Shown: positions 15,951 through 25,727, counted from the first letter of the stretch. The stretch: DNA of 32,000 nt from Pseudodesulfovibrio piezophilus C1TLV30 (GCF_000341895.1 NC_020409.1:1500001-1532000); one strand, 5' to 3'. Notes: generated by a model from the letters alone, not told the origin. Translations and numbers: made by a program.

Positions 15951-17051
15951 ATGCTCCAAACCTTGCAGGCAACAACTCACCGATCGGCAGTCTCTACGCT
16001 GAAATTTGGTGGGCGCGCCTTCTCCATTCTTCTTGCAAACATTCATGCTCACATCATCCCCATAGCTGTTGTTAGCCTGTATACCCTGGCCCTCTTCATA
16101 TATATAGAGATATTCCACCTGGAATCACTTGCCCATTTCGCCCTGTACAACGGGACAGCAGCTTTTCTGTTTGCCCTGACCCTAGGATTCTTTTTTATTA
16201 TCTATTGTTTCAAAGCCGAAATCCATGACATGCCGGAGAAACTGTTTCCCCATGTCATGCGAAAATTAAAAGACGAATTCTTCACTCTTGATCGCCTCTT
16301 CGGAGCGACTCTGGCCATTGCTCTTTTCATTCTCATGCTCATAACCTTTGCCAACTTCAAACGAATGATTCCCGCCGTCATCCCCTTCCATCTTGATACG
16401 AATTTGAGCGAGTTGGACCGCTGGCTGCATCTCGGCACTGATCCATGGCAATGGTTGCAGCCTTTCATCGGCTTCCCGATCATGACCTTTGCCATCAACA
16501 TCATGTACAATCTCTGGCTCTTTCTGATCATTGTGGTCTTCTACTGGCAGGCGTTTTCCGTCACGAACAAGGAGCTCAGAAAACAGTATCTGCTGGCGTT
16601 TTTCCTCTGCTGGATACTCATCGGAACCCTTGCTGCGACATTCCTCTCCTCTGCCGGACCATGCTATTACCACCGCTTCGGGGACGTCCCCAATGTCTAT
16701 GCTCCCCTCATGACCTATCTACACCACGCCGATGCCATATACCCAATATGGGCGCTTGACATGCAGGACATCCTGCTGAAGAGCTACGACCTCAAATCAA
16801 CCACCATGGCTTCCGGCATAACCGCCATGCCCAGCATGCATGTTTCCATTGCATGGCTCATGGTGCTGCTTGGATGGCGCATCAACCCATTCGCCGGATG
16901 GGTATTTTCCCTCTACTGCGGAGTTATTCTGATCGGTTCAGTCCATCTTGGTTGGCATTATGCAGTGGATGGGTATGTTTCCATCATGCTGACAACTCTC
17001 ATCTGGCATCTCTCAGGCAAAGTTCTCACCAGAAAATCCCTGTCGTGGTAA
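15951..17051 (+). CDS. Polytopic membrane protein, PAP2 superfamily (PAP2_3 / Aur1-Ipt1-like)
   Basis: There are multiple TM segments. The C-terminal motifs PSMHVS and SVHLGWHYAVDG resemble PAP2 acid-phosphatase motifs C2/C3. The start is not certain. Confidence 0.65.
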   Translation: MLQTLQATTHRSAVSTLKFGGRAFSILLANIHAHIIPIAVVSLYTLALFIYIEIFHLESLAHFALYNGTAAFLFALTLGFFFIIYCFKAEIHDMPEKLFPHVMRKLKDEFFTLDRLFGATLAIALFILMLITFANFKRMIPAVIPFHLDTNLSELDRWLHLGTDPWQWLQPFIGFPIMTFAINIMYNLWLFLIIVVFYWQAFSVTNKELRKQYLLAFFLCWILIGTLAATFLSSAGPCYYHRFGDVPNVYAPLMTYLHHADAIYPIWALDMQDILLKSYDLKSTTMASGITAMPSMHVSIAWLMVLLGWRINPFAGWVFSLYCGVILIGSVHLGWHYAVDGYVSIMLTTLIWHLSGKVLTRKSLSW

Positions 17052-17085
17052 AAAACTGACGAAGAAGAAAAGCACCTCTCATTGA

Positions 17086-17122
17086 GAAAGTCCCTCTTAC
17101 CATCCAGATAAGGGGGACTTTC
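17086..17122 (+). other. 14-bp stem-loop downstream of the PAP2-like gene
   Basis: GAAAGTCCCTCTTA-9 nt-TAAGGGGGACTTTC (one G:U). There is no U-tract, so the terminator call is tentative. Confidence 0.4.
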
Positions 17123-17213
17123 TGGACACGCTTCCCATCAAGTCTTCATCTCCCTTCGATTTCCCCCCTCTACCAACGTGGCGTCCCCTTGCTTGAGACT
17201 CGCAACCAATGCG

Positions 17214-17250
17214 CCTCAAGTACCGTTGCACCTCAAGTACCGTTGCACCT
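17214..17250. repeat. Perfect tandem duplication of a 17-bp unit (2.2 copies)
   Basis: CCTCAAGTACCGTTGCA occurs at 17214-17230 and again at 17231-17247, followed by CCT. An inverted CTTGAG lies at 17192-17197. Confidence 0.9.
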
Positions 17251-17499
17251 TCGAGAAGTCCTCCCCACACGTTTCCATTTAATATTTCATGAATCTATTT
17301 TTTATAGACTGCCTTAACCTTTTGTTTTTAAAAGATTTTTGCACTTTGATTTCTTCAAGAAGCTCTTTTAAAGAATACACAAATGATGGATTCCCCTTTT
17401 CAAAAAGACAATTGGAGACTCCATTCTCAATCCCAGTTTTTTAAAAAAAAATCAACAATACAAGTATATTATATTATAAATACCACAAACAGACACCTT

Positions 17500-17515
17500 T
17501 GGCACGGCCGTTGCT
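17500..17515 (+). promoter_or_regulatory. Sigma-54 (-24/-12) promoter of flp
   Basis: TGGCACGGCCGTTGCT matches the TGGCAC-N5-TTGCW consensus at every conserved position. It lies 84 nt upstream of the flp ATG. Confidence 0.8.
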
Positions 17516-17598
17516 TAATTGGGTTCGTGGCTAGTGAAACATCACATAAACAAAATTTTCGGCTCATCCATGAGCCAAGTCAAACAAGGAGAAACACA

Positions 17599-17775
17599 AT
17601 GTCTATCATCAAAAATCTGATCATGAACGAAGAAGGCGCAACTGCCCTGGAATACGGCCTTCTCGCTGCACTCATCGCCCTGGGCATCATCACCGCCGTG
17701 ACCCAGCTTGGCGACGCTGTTACCAAGACTTTCAGCACCATCGCTACCGAGATGGAGACTGCAACGGCATCATAA
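17599..17775 (+). CDS. flp: Flp-family pilin precursor (58 aa)
   Basis: Sequence is MSIIKNLIMNEEG/ATALEYGLLAALIALGIITAV. The Flp motif G/xxxxEY is followed by a hydrophobic helix. SD AAGGAGA is at 17586-17592. Confidence 0.9.
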   Translation: MSIIKNLIMNEEGATALEYGLLAALIALGIITAVTQLGDAVTKTFSTIATEMETATAS

Positions 17776-17827
17776 GCCGGAGCATGGAGCATAATTTTAC
17801 CGTTTAACGGAAGCAGCCAGAGCAGCC

Positions 17828-17868
17828 GGACCGGGGCTTGCGGGAAAGCAGCCCGCTCGTCCCGGTCC
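17828..17868 (+). other. Two-tier GC-rich stem-loop between flp and tadV
   Basis: Outer stem is GGACCGGG/CCCGGTCC and inner stem is GCGGG/CCCGC. No U-tract follows. Confidence 0.5.
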
Positions 17869-17889
17869 TGTCGTCCGAGGGGAAAACGG

Positions 17890-18471
17890 ATGACGCACGG
17901 AACCTTGGCTCATATCGGGGGAACCATGGATATCATCATCAGCAGCGTCCTTGCAGCGGCACTTGCCATCGCCACTGTCACCGACCTGAAACGCCAGCGC
18001 ATATACAACTGGCTCACTTTTCCTCTCATCACCACCGGATTGGGCGCACATACCATCCACGCAGGGTGGGACGGACTAATCCTCAGCAGTTCCGGCTTTG
18101 CACTGGGACTATTCGTCATGTTCATCCCGTTCCTCCTCGGCATGATGGGGGCAGGAGATGTTAAACTCATGGCCGGAATCGGCGCATGGCTCGGCGTCAA
18201 CACCACCTTCACCGCATTTTTGTTAACCAGCATTATCGGCGGCATATATGCCCTGCTGGTCATGATACGGCACAGAGAGTACATGAAGGCCATTTTCATG
18301 AACATCTGGGGCACCTTTCTGCGAACCCTGTCCACCAGAACCTTCGACTATTCCCCCATTGAGGCGAAGAAGACTCTCCCCCGCCTGTGCTACGGCGTCG
18401 CCATTACCATAGGTACTCTGGGAGCCATGATTTTCAACTATACACAGACCGGCACAGTGCTGGCTCTGTAA
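17890..18471 (+). CDS. tadV: Flp prepilin peptidase (A24 family, TadV/CpaA)
   Basis: It is polytopic. The first catalytic Asp context is TDLKRQRIYNW and the second is GAGDVKLMAGIG. ATG 17890 has GAGGGGA 6 nt upstream; ATG 17926 is the alternative. Confidence 0.85.
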   Translation: MTHGTLAHIGGTMDIIISSVLAAALAIATVTDLKRQRIYNWLTFPLITTGLGAHTIHAGWDGLILSSSGFALGLFVMFIPFLLGMMGAGDVKLMAGIGAWLGVNTTFTAFLLTSIIGGIYALLVMIRHREYMKAIFMNIWGTFLRTLSTRTFDYSPIEAKKTLPRLCYGVAITIGTLGAMIFNYTQTGTVLAL

Positions 18472-18486
18472 GGCAGGGGAAACACC

Positions 18487-19308
18487 ATGAGCAAATCAAC
18501 ACGAGCACTCCTCCAGATAGGTATAGCCCTGATGCTGGCCATTGCCGCTGGCGGCCTCATTTTCATGTGGTCGGTCAAACTGACCAAACAACCCGCCCCC
18601 AGAACGGAAGCTTCCACTGTGGGCGTGGTTGTGGCACGAGAGGACATCCATCGCGGGAGCAAGCTCGTCTCCGACATGCTCACGGTCAAACAGTTCACCC
18701 CAGACTCCAAACCGACCGGGTCCTTCGCTTCGATCAAGGAGATAGAAGGCCGTGTGCTGAATACGAATATTTCCGGCAATGAAGCGGTCACCAAGTCCAA
18801 ATTGGCAGACCCCTCCATCATGGGAGGCGGTGTCTCCGCCCTCATTGAACCGGGGAAACGCGCCATGTCGGTCAAGGGAAACTCAGTCATGGGACTGGCC
18901 GGATTCGTCCGGCCTGGTGATCGTGTGGATGTGATTGTCACCCTGCCCGAAGGGTATGACGAGAAGCCTGTCACCAAGCTGGTTCTCGAACGAATCAAAA
19001 TCATCGCCACTGGAACAGAACTTTCCCCGCCCAACGCCGAAGGCAAGACCGCATCCGTGGATGTCTATACCCTGGAACTTTCACCAGCGGAAAGTGAACG
19101 GTTGGCCCTGGCCGCGACCCAGGGGACCTTGAATTTCGCCCTGCGCAACGAACAGGATACCGCAAAGGTTCTGACAACCGGAGTCACGGCCCGCAAGGCG
19201 CTCGCGGCATTGCGCCCCAAGCCAAAGCCCCGTCAGAGGCGAACCAGCCGTTCTCGGGTCAAGGTCGAAGTCATCACCGGCGGCGATTCCCGGACCCTGA
19301 AGTTCTAG
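18487..19308 (+). CDS. cpaB: Flp pilus assembly protein CpaB/RcpC
   Basis: An N-terminal TM anchor is followed by a SAF-like segment VVVAREDIHRGSKL. It sits between the peptidase and the secretin. Confidence 0.85.
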   Translation: MSKSTRALLQIGIALMLAIAAGGLIFMWSVKLTKQPAPRTEASTVGVVVAREDIHRGSKLVSDMLTVKQFTPDSKPTGSFASIKEIEGRVLNTNISGNEAVTKSKLADPSIMGGGVSALIEPGKRAMSVKGNSVMGLAGFVRPGDRVDVIVTLPEGYDEKPVTKLVLERIKIIATGTELSPPNAEGKTASVDVYTLELSPAESERLALAATQGTLNFALRNEQDTAKVLTTGVTARKALAALRPKPKPRQRRTSRSRVKVEVITGGDSRTLKF

Positions 19309-19316
19309 GAGCAGCC

Positions 19317-20741
19317 ATGAAGACACCCAATACCATATATCTTTTCCTGCTTCTGGCAGTGATACTCCCCGGAACAGCCATGGCTGACGTGCAGATCATG
19401 AACACGGAAGCACCAGGCGTGATCCGCATAGTGCTCGACAAATCCACCATACTGAACACGGACAAACCAGTCAGTCGAGTCTCCATAGCCCAACCTGGAT
19501 CAGCATCCATCGTGGTGCTTTCTCCCACACAGATATACATTACCGGGCAAACACTGGGAACCACGACTCTGACCCTATGGGAAGGCTCGACGGTCTCCGC
19601 TGTGTACGATCTGGTCATTACTCCGGATGTAACGCGACTCAAGCGCATGATTCATGAAATTCTGCCGGAGGAGAAGGGGATCCAAGTCCTCTCATCCGGG
19701 GAATCCATCACCCTGTCCGGCTACGTGACCAGCACCGGCAACCTCACCAGCGTTCTTGCCCTGGCCGAAGCCGAAGCCCCGGAAAAAGTCGTCAACCTTC
19801 TGCGTGTGGACGGAGTTCAACAAGTCATGCTTGAAGTCAGGGTCGCGGAAATGAGCCGGACCGTCCTCAAACGTATGGGCGTCAACCTCGCAGCGACATT
19901 CAGCAATTTTACGTTATACTCATTCCTGAACAACCTCACGAGTCTTTCTTCGGATGGGGACGGGGTGATCAATCTGACAGACCACATCACTGGCGTGGCC
20001 AGTTACACCAGCGGCAACACATCCATCACCGGATTCATTGACGCCCTCAAAACTCAGGGATTGGCCAAATTGCTGGCCGAACCAAACCTGACATGCGTTT
20101 CCGGTGAGTCGGCAAATTTCCTCGTGGGCGGTGAAATCCCCATCCCAATGCCAGGTTCGCTTGGCACGGTTTCGGTCGAATTCAAGCCATTCGGAGTGGG
20201 GCTCGGGTTCACCCCCACGGTTCTCAGCTCCGGGGCCATCAACCTTCAAGTCAGCCCGGAGGTCTCCGAACTCGATTACACCCAGGCTCTGCCCTATGAC
20301 GGCTATGAAATCCCGGCCATCAAGACTCGTCGCGCATCCACTGTCATTGACCTTGCAGATGGCCAATCCTTTGCCATCGCCGGTCTGATCAGCGAGTCCC
20401 TCAAGGAAAACAATACCCGCTTTCCGGTACTGGGAGACGTTCCGATACTTGGAACTCTCTTCCGCAGCACTGACTTTTCCAAGGACAAGACGGAACTTGT
20501 GATCATCGTCACCGCGCATTTGGTCAAGCCCATCGACATGGCCAGCCAGACTTTGCCCACAGATGGATTCAAAGAACCAAGCGACTATGAGTTCTACATG
20601 CTCGGCCTCCTGGAGGGGGAAAACACACCCACGGAAGAAGCGACTTCGGCCAAAGCGGAAGGCAAATCATCCGGAACTGCAACCGTGGTCCGCCCCGAAA
20701 ACGGTTTTGACGGTCAATTCGGCCATTCTTGGTCCCAATAG
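19317..20741 (+). CDS. cpaC: Tad secretin CpaC/RcpA
   Basis: It has a signal peptide ending TAMA/D and an N-terminal pilus-CpaC/BON-like region. The secretin core is LAEPNLTCVSGESANFLVGGEIPIP ... PVLGDVPILGTLFRS. Confidence 0.9.
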   Translation: MKTPNTIYLFLLLAVILPGTAMADVQIMNTEAPGVIRIVLDKSTILNTDKPVSRVSIAQPGSASIVVLSPTQIYITGQTLGTTTLTLWEGSTVSAVYDLVITPDVTRLKRMIHEILPEEKGIQVLSSGESITLSGYVTSTGNLTSVLALAEAEAPEKVVNLLRVDGVQQVMLEVRVAEMSRTVLKRMGVNLAATFSNFTLYSFLNNLTSLSSDGDGVINLTDHITGVASYTSGNTSITGFIDALKTQGLAKLLAEPNLTCVSGESANFLVGGEIPIPMPGSLGTVSVEFKPFGVGLGFTPTVLSSGAINLQVSPEVSELDYTQALPYDGYEIPAIKTRRASTVIDLADGQSFAIAGLISESLKENNTRFPVLGDVPILGTLFRSTDFSKDKTELVIIVTAHLVKPIDMASQTLPTDGFKEPSDYEFYMLGLLEGENTPTEEATSAKAEGKSSGTATVVRPENGFDGQFGHSWSQ

Positions 20742-20763
20742 GGAAGAGAACGAGGAACGACTC

Positions 20764-21045
20764 ATGAAAAAGAGACTTGTTTCGATAGTGGCTATCGGCA
20801 TCCTGCTTCAGGCCGGATGCAGCCTGACACAGGTAGAGCACAAGGAATCAACCATTCCTTTTGGCAGTTCCGTCCGCATGGCGGTCAAACAACAAATATT
20901 CAATCCCGAGGCAGGTGGCGATGCTCCTGTTGTCGGGCTGAATGGGCGCTATGCCGCTTCCGTTGCAAAAAAATATGATGCGGGACCAAAGACAGAAGCC
21001 GCAAGCGGGCCATCCGTGTCCGAAACGATTATCGGGACCAAGTAA
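20764..21045 (+). CDS. Small lipoprotein in the RcpB/CpaD position
   Basis: MKKRLVSIVAIGILLQAGC contains a lipobox (LQAG/C). GAGGAA SD lies 7 nt upstream. No family was recognised with confidence. Confidence 0.6.
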   Translation: MKKRLVSIVAIGILLQAGCSLTQVEHKESTIPFGSSVRMAVKQQIFNPEAGGDAPVVGLNGRYAASVAKKYDAGPKTEAASGPSVSETIIGTK

Positions 21046-21046
21046 C

Positions 21047-21199
21047 ATGTGGTCCAGATATTCATATTACTGGCGAGAATTGTTGTTCATGGCGTTCATG
21101 ATAACGATTCTGCTGCTTGACCTGACACTTTTTGACGTTCTGTCCCCTTTTGGAGATGAGGGGGCCGGAACCGCCAAGGCTGTAAGGATCATCCATTAG
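21047..21199 (+). CDS. Possible 50-aa single-TM protein
   Basis: The ATG starts 1 nt after the lipoprotein TAA. It has one hydrophobic helix, LLFMAFMITILLLDLTLF. It is short and unsupported by homology. Confidence 0.35.
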   Translation: MWSRYSYYWRELLFMAFMITILLLDLTLFDVLSPFGDEGAGTAKAVRIIH

Positions 21200-21226
21200 G
21201 CATGATCCGCGATAAAGGGGGAACCG

Positions 21227-22414
21227 ATGAACAACAGAATAATACCTGTCACACTGGCGCTTATTGACAGCGAAGAACGAAAGAAGCTGGAGCGGATAAT
21301 CGCATCAAACTACATGGTGCGTCTGGCTGATGAAGAAAATGACGAGATGGGGGTGTTGATATACGAACCTGGCGACTCCGTGAACGAGGACCTTCCGCAT
21401 ATCATTCACGCCCTGGAGTCCGGTCAGGCCGAAGATGTCTATCTTGCTGGCAGTCATGCTGATTCGGACATCCTTATCCGAGGCATGAGAAACGGTATCC
21501 GTGAATTTTTGCACTTCCCCATAGAGGAAAATGATTTTCGCGCGGCAATCATGCGCACGGCCATGCGCTCCAGTCTGGACAGTGATACTGGAGAGAAAGG
21601 ACGGATTATCAGCCTGATGAGTGGCAAGGCCGGACTCGGCAACACGACCGTAGCCGTGAACCTTGCCTGGGAATTGAACAGGCGAGCGCCTGGACGCACG
21701 CTTCTGCTCGATCTGCGTCGCCCGAACGGGGAGGTCCAGTACTTCCTCGACCTCAAGCCCGAATACACATGGGGTGACTTGATGCAGGACGTCTCGCGCC
21801 TGGACGCGACCTACCTGCATTCACTCGTGACAGAGCACCCCTCCGGCCTGCATATTATGCCCGGTCCCGCCGAAGGAGACCGGCCCGATGCACAGACTCT
21901 CTACCTCATTCTCGAACAACTCCGCCAAAGTTACGACTTTGTCATCATCGACACGAATTTCCCGGAGAGCGGCAAATTGACCAAGGAAGTGGAAATGGCC
22001 GACTCCATCCTGCTCCCCCTGCATCTGACACTCCCGAGTCTGGCTCGGACTTCCCGACTGATAGAGTCCATACGCAGTCAGGACCCGGATGCCGAAAGAC
22101 GCATGACCCTGATAGCGAACAGAGTCACCAAGGATACCACCATTGGCGTGGCTGAAGCGGCGGATGTACTCTCCCGTCGGATTCCCTGGGTTATCCCGGA
22201 AGATACCTCATCAGTCCAATCCGCCTTGAATCAGGGCACTCCCCTGGTCAAGTCCTACCCAAAATCACCCGCTGCCAAGACCATCATCGCCATGGCCAGG
22301 GGGCTGGACCACCGCAAGCAACCCAAGTCCCGCTCCTTTTCCTTTCCGTTCGCCTCTCTCTTTTCACGCAAAAAGGACATGATTGATGCCAAATTAGCGG
22401 GGGCTGTCTCATGA
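21227..22414 (+). CDS. tadZ: TadZ/CpaE pilus-localisation ATPase (atypical receiver + MinD/ParA-like domain)
   Basis: A receiver-like N-domain is followed by a deviant Walker [27 protein letters not shown] is upstream. Confidence 0.85.
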   Translation: MNNRIIPVTLALIDSEERKKLERIIASNYMVRLADEENDEMGVLIYEPGDSVNEDLPHIIHALESGQAEDVYLAGSHADSDILIRGMRNGIREFLHFPIEENDFRAAIMRTAMRSSLDSDTGEKGRIISLMSGKAGLGNTTVAVNLAWELNRRAPGRTLLLDLRRPNGEVQYFLDLKPEYTWGDLMQDVSRLDATYLHSLVTEHPSGLHIMPGPAEGDRPDAQTLYLILEQLRQSYDFVIIDTNFPESGKLTKEVEMADSILLPLHLTLPSLARTSRLIESIRSQDPDAERRMTLIANRVTKDTTIGVAEAADVLSRRIPWVIPEDTSSVQSALNQGTPLVKSYPKSPAAKTIIAMARGLDHRKQPKSRSFSFPFASLFSRKKDMIDAKLAGAVS

Positions 22415-23799
22415 ATCTTGCAGCACGATTGAATAAGAAGACACCCAAGGCAGGCAAGCCCACAGCTTCAAGGAAAACGTCCTCGTCCAGAAGCACCGAA
22501 CTTGCGGACCACTACTTTGACATCAAGACTCGTATCCATGATCGGTTGATCGACATCATCGACTTGTCTCTCCTCGATAGCCTCAGTGAAGCCGAGATGC
22601 GTGGAGAAATAGCCAAGGTCACGGAAGGCTTGCTCTGGGAGGAATTCCAGAGCGCGCCTCTCAATCTGGCAGAACGAAAACGTATGCTCTCGGAAATCCA
22701 GGATGAAGTCATTGGTTTGGGACCGCTGGAGCCGTACATCAAGGACCCGACAGTCAACGACATACTGGTCAATGGATACAAGCAGATATATGTGGAGCGC
22801 GCAGGCAAATTGGAGCCGACCCCAGCCAGATTCAAGGATGACGATCATCTGCGCAAAATCATCGACCGTATCGTCTCTCAGGTCGGCCGCCGTATCGATG
22901 AATCCCAACCCCTGTGCGATGCCCGACTCATGGACGGTTCCCGTGTCAACGCCGTGATTCCGCCTCTGGCCATCGATGGTCCTTCGCTCTCCATACGCAA
23001 ATTTTCCAAAGACCCCCTCGAAATAAGCCATCTTATCAGTTTCAATTCGCTGACCGAACCCATGGCCAGACTCATGGACGGCATTGTCAAGGCTCGCTTG
23101 AACGTCCTCATATCGGGCGGAACCGGCTCAGGGAAGACAACGCTGCTCAACTGCCTGTCGCGCAATATCCCCGAAGACGAACGTATCGTCACCATTGAGG
23201 ACGCGGCCGAACTGCAACTCAAGCAGGACCACGTTGTTCGACTGGAAACACGTCCGGCCAATATCGAAGGCAAAGGGGAGATAGATCAACGCGAGCTGGT
23301 CAAGAACTGCCTGCGCATGCGCCCTGACCGGATCATCGTCGGAGAGTGCCGCGCTTCAGAAGCACTGGATATGCTCCAGGCCATGAATACGGGCCACGAT
23401 GGATCTCTGACCACGATTCATGCCAACACACCGCGTGATGCCTTGATGCGACTGGAAACCATGGTCTCCATGGCCGGATTGAACCTCTCTCCCATGTCCA
23501 TGAAACGATACATCTCCTCGGCAATTGATGTCATTATCCAGGCCACCCGCATGGTGGACGGGACAAGAAAAGTTATCTCCATTCAGGAAGTCAGTGGTAT
23601 GGAGGGAGAGATGATCACCATGCAGGAAATCTTTTCATTCGAACAGACCAACGTCAGCAAACAAGGTAAGGTGGAAGGATATTTCACAGCTCGCGGTATT
23701 CGCCCTAAATTTGCCGAAAAACTCGAACGGATGGGCTTTACCTTTCCGGGGGACATGTTCAAAGCCTCACCAAGACCACAAGTGGGAGAGCTGTCATGA
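22411..23799 (+). CDS. tadA: Tad secretion ATPase CpaF/TadA
   Basis: Walker [13 protein letters not shown], Asp box VTIEDAAEL, and Walker B/His boxes [11 protein letters not shown] ... [16 protein letters not shown] overlaps the tadZ stop. Confidence 0.95.
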   Translation: MNLAARLNKKTPKAGKPTASRKTSSSRSTELADHYFDIKTRIHDRLIDIIDLSLLDSLSEAEMRGEIAKVTEGLLWEEFQSAPLNLAERKRMLSEIQDEVIGLGPLEPYIKDPTVNDILVNGYKQIYVERAGKLEPTPARFKDDDHLRKIIDRIVSQVGRRIDESQPLCDARLMDGSRVNAVIPPLAIDGPSLSIRKFSKDPLEISHLISFNSLTEPMARLMDGIVKARLNVLISGGTGSGKTTLLNCLSRNIPEDERIVTIEDAAELQLKQDHVVRLETRPANIEGKGEIDQRELVKNCLRMRPDRIIVGECRASEALDMLQAMNTGHDGSLTTIHANTPRDALMRLETMVSMAGLNLSPMSMKRYISSAIDVIIQATRMVDGTRKVISIQEVSGMEGEMITMQEIFSFEQTNVSKQGKVEGYFTARGIRPKFAEKLERMGFTFPGDMFKASPRPQVGELS

Positions 23800-24770
23800 C
23801 CATAACAATCCTCATCGCCCTGGGAAGTGCGGCGGTCCTTTTCCTGCTCTTCATGGGCATCGGGGCGCTCCTGCGCTCCCGTCGAGACGAAGCAGAAGGA
23901 CGGGTCAAGCAGCGCCTTCGCCAATTTGCCCTGACCGAAGTGGAATCGGATTCCATTGACCTGATTCTCAAACAGACCGCCATGAGCACCATGCCGTGGT
24001 TCAATCGGGCACTCAAAAAACTCCGCTTTGCCGCCAATCTGGAAGAGACGATCAAGCAGGCCAATGCCAAAGGATCAGCCGGAGTTTATCTCCTGGTATG
24101 TGCCCTGCTCGGGCTGATCGGGATATATATCGGCATCATCTTTGCCCAAAATCTAATGGTTGCCGTGGCTCTTGCAGGCGTCTGCGGTATCATGCCCATC
24201 CTGTATCTTCAAAAGCTCAGAACAAGCCGCATGGATCGTTTTCAGACACAGCTCCCCGAAGCTCTCGATCTCATGAGCCGGGCGCTCAAGGCCGGCCATA
24301 CTTTTGGCGGAGCCATGCGAATGGTCGCGGATGAATTCGAAGACCCCATAGGGAGCGAATTCCGCACCACCATTGATGAAATCAATTTCGGCATGGACGT
24401 GGACCGCGCCATGGCAAACCTGCAAAATCGCGTGGATGTGACAGACCTCAAATTCTTTATCGTCTCAATCAACATCCAGCGCGAAACCGGTGGCAACCTG
24501 GCGGAGATCATTTCCAACATCGCCAGCCTCGTCCGCGAACGGTTCGTCTTGTTCGGCAAGATCAAGGTGCTGTCCGCCGAAGGTCGCATCTCAGCCATAT
24601 TGCTTGCCTCACTCCCCTTTTTCATTTCCGGCGCGCTCTATATGCTCAACCCGGAATATATGTCTCGACTCTGGACCACTGAACTGGGCCGGACCATGAC
24701 CTGGGGTGCAATCATCGCCATGAGCGTCGGCATCGTAGTGATGCGAAAAATGGTCAAGATCAAAGTGTAA
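23796..24770 (+). CDS. tadB: Tad inner-membrane platform protein TadB
   Basis: It has T2SSF-like topology and the segment [20 protein letters not shown] overlaps the tadA stop. Confidence 0.88.
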   Translation: MTITILIALGSAAVLFLLFMGIGALLRSRRDEAEGRVKQRLRQFALTEVESDSIDLILKQTAMSTMPWFNRALKKLRFAANLEETIKQANAKGSAGVYLLVCALLGLIGIYIGIIFAQNLMVAVALAGVCGIMPILYLQKLRTSRMDRFQTQLPEALDLMSRALKAGHTFGGAMRMVADEFEDPIGSEFRTTIDEINFGMDVDRAMANLQNRVDVTDLKFFIVSINIQRETGGNLAEIISNIASLVRERFVLFGKIKVLSAEGRISAILLASLPFFISGALYMLNPEYMSRLWTTELGRTMTWGAIIAMSVGIVVMRKMVKIKV

Positions 24771-24782
24771 AGAGGGAGAAAC

Positions 24783-25727
24783 ATGACAAATCTCATCCCT
24801 TATTTCGCCGCTGCCGTTGGCTTTACCTCGGTCCTCCTGGCCGGGTACGGTATTGCGAGCTACTTCGGCAGTGCAAGCGATTCCGCCCGCCTGCGAGAAC
24901 GCGTATCCGGAGTTCCGGCCGCCACCACGTCATCCGCCGCCTTCAGTGACCTGTGGTCGAAATTCAGCTCCCTTTTCGAACGAATGGGTGCCAGGATCAG
25001 TCCCAAAGAATCCGAAGAGACCGGCAAGACTCGTATCGCCCTGATCCAGGCAGGATTACGGGCACACGGTATGGCCACCCGATTTCAGGGAGCCAAAGCG
25101 GTCATGGCTTTTGTTCTCGGTGGAGGATTCCTGGCCTTCCGATTCCTCTTCTCCCCGGATATGGATTTAACCTACACGAGCTTCGGGACCCTCGGATTTG
25201 CAGCGGCAGGTATCTATGGTCCGGAATTCTGGTTGAAGAAACGCATTGCGAACCGCCAACTGGCCGTTGCAAATGAACTTCCTGATGCCCTCGACCTTCT
25301 GGTGGTTTGCGTGGAATCGGGTATGGGCCTTGACCAAGCCATTGAACGCGTCCAACGGGAACTCAGGAATTCAGGTCCGATCATCAGTCTCGAACTCAAG
25401 ATTCTAACCCTTGAATTACGAGCCGGTAAAGGCCGGGCAGATGCCCTTCGTTCCCTCTCCGAAAGAGTGGGGCAGGAGGATCTGAGCAGCCTGACCTCAT
25501 TACTCGTACAAGCTGATATTTTCGGTATCAGCGTCGGCCGCACCTTGCGTGTCTATTCCGATGCCATGCGGACCAAACGCTCTCAACGGGCGGAGGAAAA
25601 GGCGGCAAAGCTCCCGGTCCTGCTCCTTTTACCCCTGATCACTTTTATTCTTCCCGCGCTGTTCATCGCTATCATGGGGCCTGCCGTGATTGTGCTCATA
25701 GATGTTTTTTCGCAGCTCAACGGCTGA
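24783..25727 (+). CDS. tadC: Tad inner-membrane platform protein TadC
   Basis: It is a T2SSF-like paralog of the previous gene, with LPDALDLLVVCVESGMGLDQA. Confidence 0.88.
   Translation: MTNLIPYFAAAVGFTSVLLAGYGIASYFGSASDSARLRERVSGVPAATTSSAAFSDLWSKFSSLFERMGARISPKESEETGKTRIALIQAGLRAHGMATRFQGAKAVMAFVLGGGFLAFRFLFSPDMDLTYTSFGTLGFAAAGIYGPEFWLKKRIANRQLAVANELPDALDLLVVCVESGMGLDQAIERVQRELRNSGPIISLELKILTLELRAGKGRADALRSLSERVGQEDLSSLTSLLVQADIFGISVGRTLRVYSDAMRTKRSQRAEEKAAKLPVLLLLPLITFILPALFIAIMGPAVIVLIDVFSQLNG

Noticed and set aside
15938-15954. A TGGCAG...TGC sigma-54-like string lies just before the PAP2-like gene.
   Set aside because: The GC element is displaced by 2 nt from the required GG-N10-GC spacing and overlaps the ATG.
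17383-17598. A 130-aa ORF extends flp upstream.
   Set aside because: The extension has low-complexity AT-rich translation and reads across the sigma-54 promoter. Flp prepilins are 50-80 aa, and ATG 17599 has a consensus SD.
21227-21600. The TadZ N-terminal receiver lacks a phospho-acceptor Asp (VLIYEPGD).
   Set aside because: This is real but expected, since atypical non-phosphorylatable receiver domains are a known property of TadZ/CpaE proteins.
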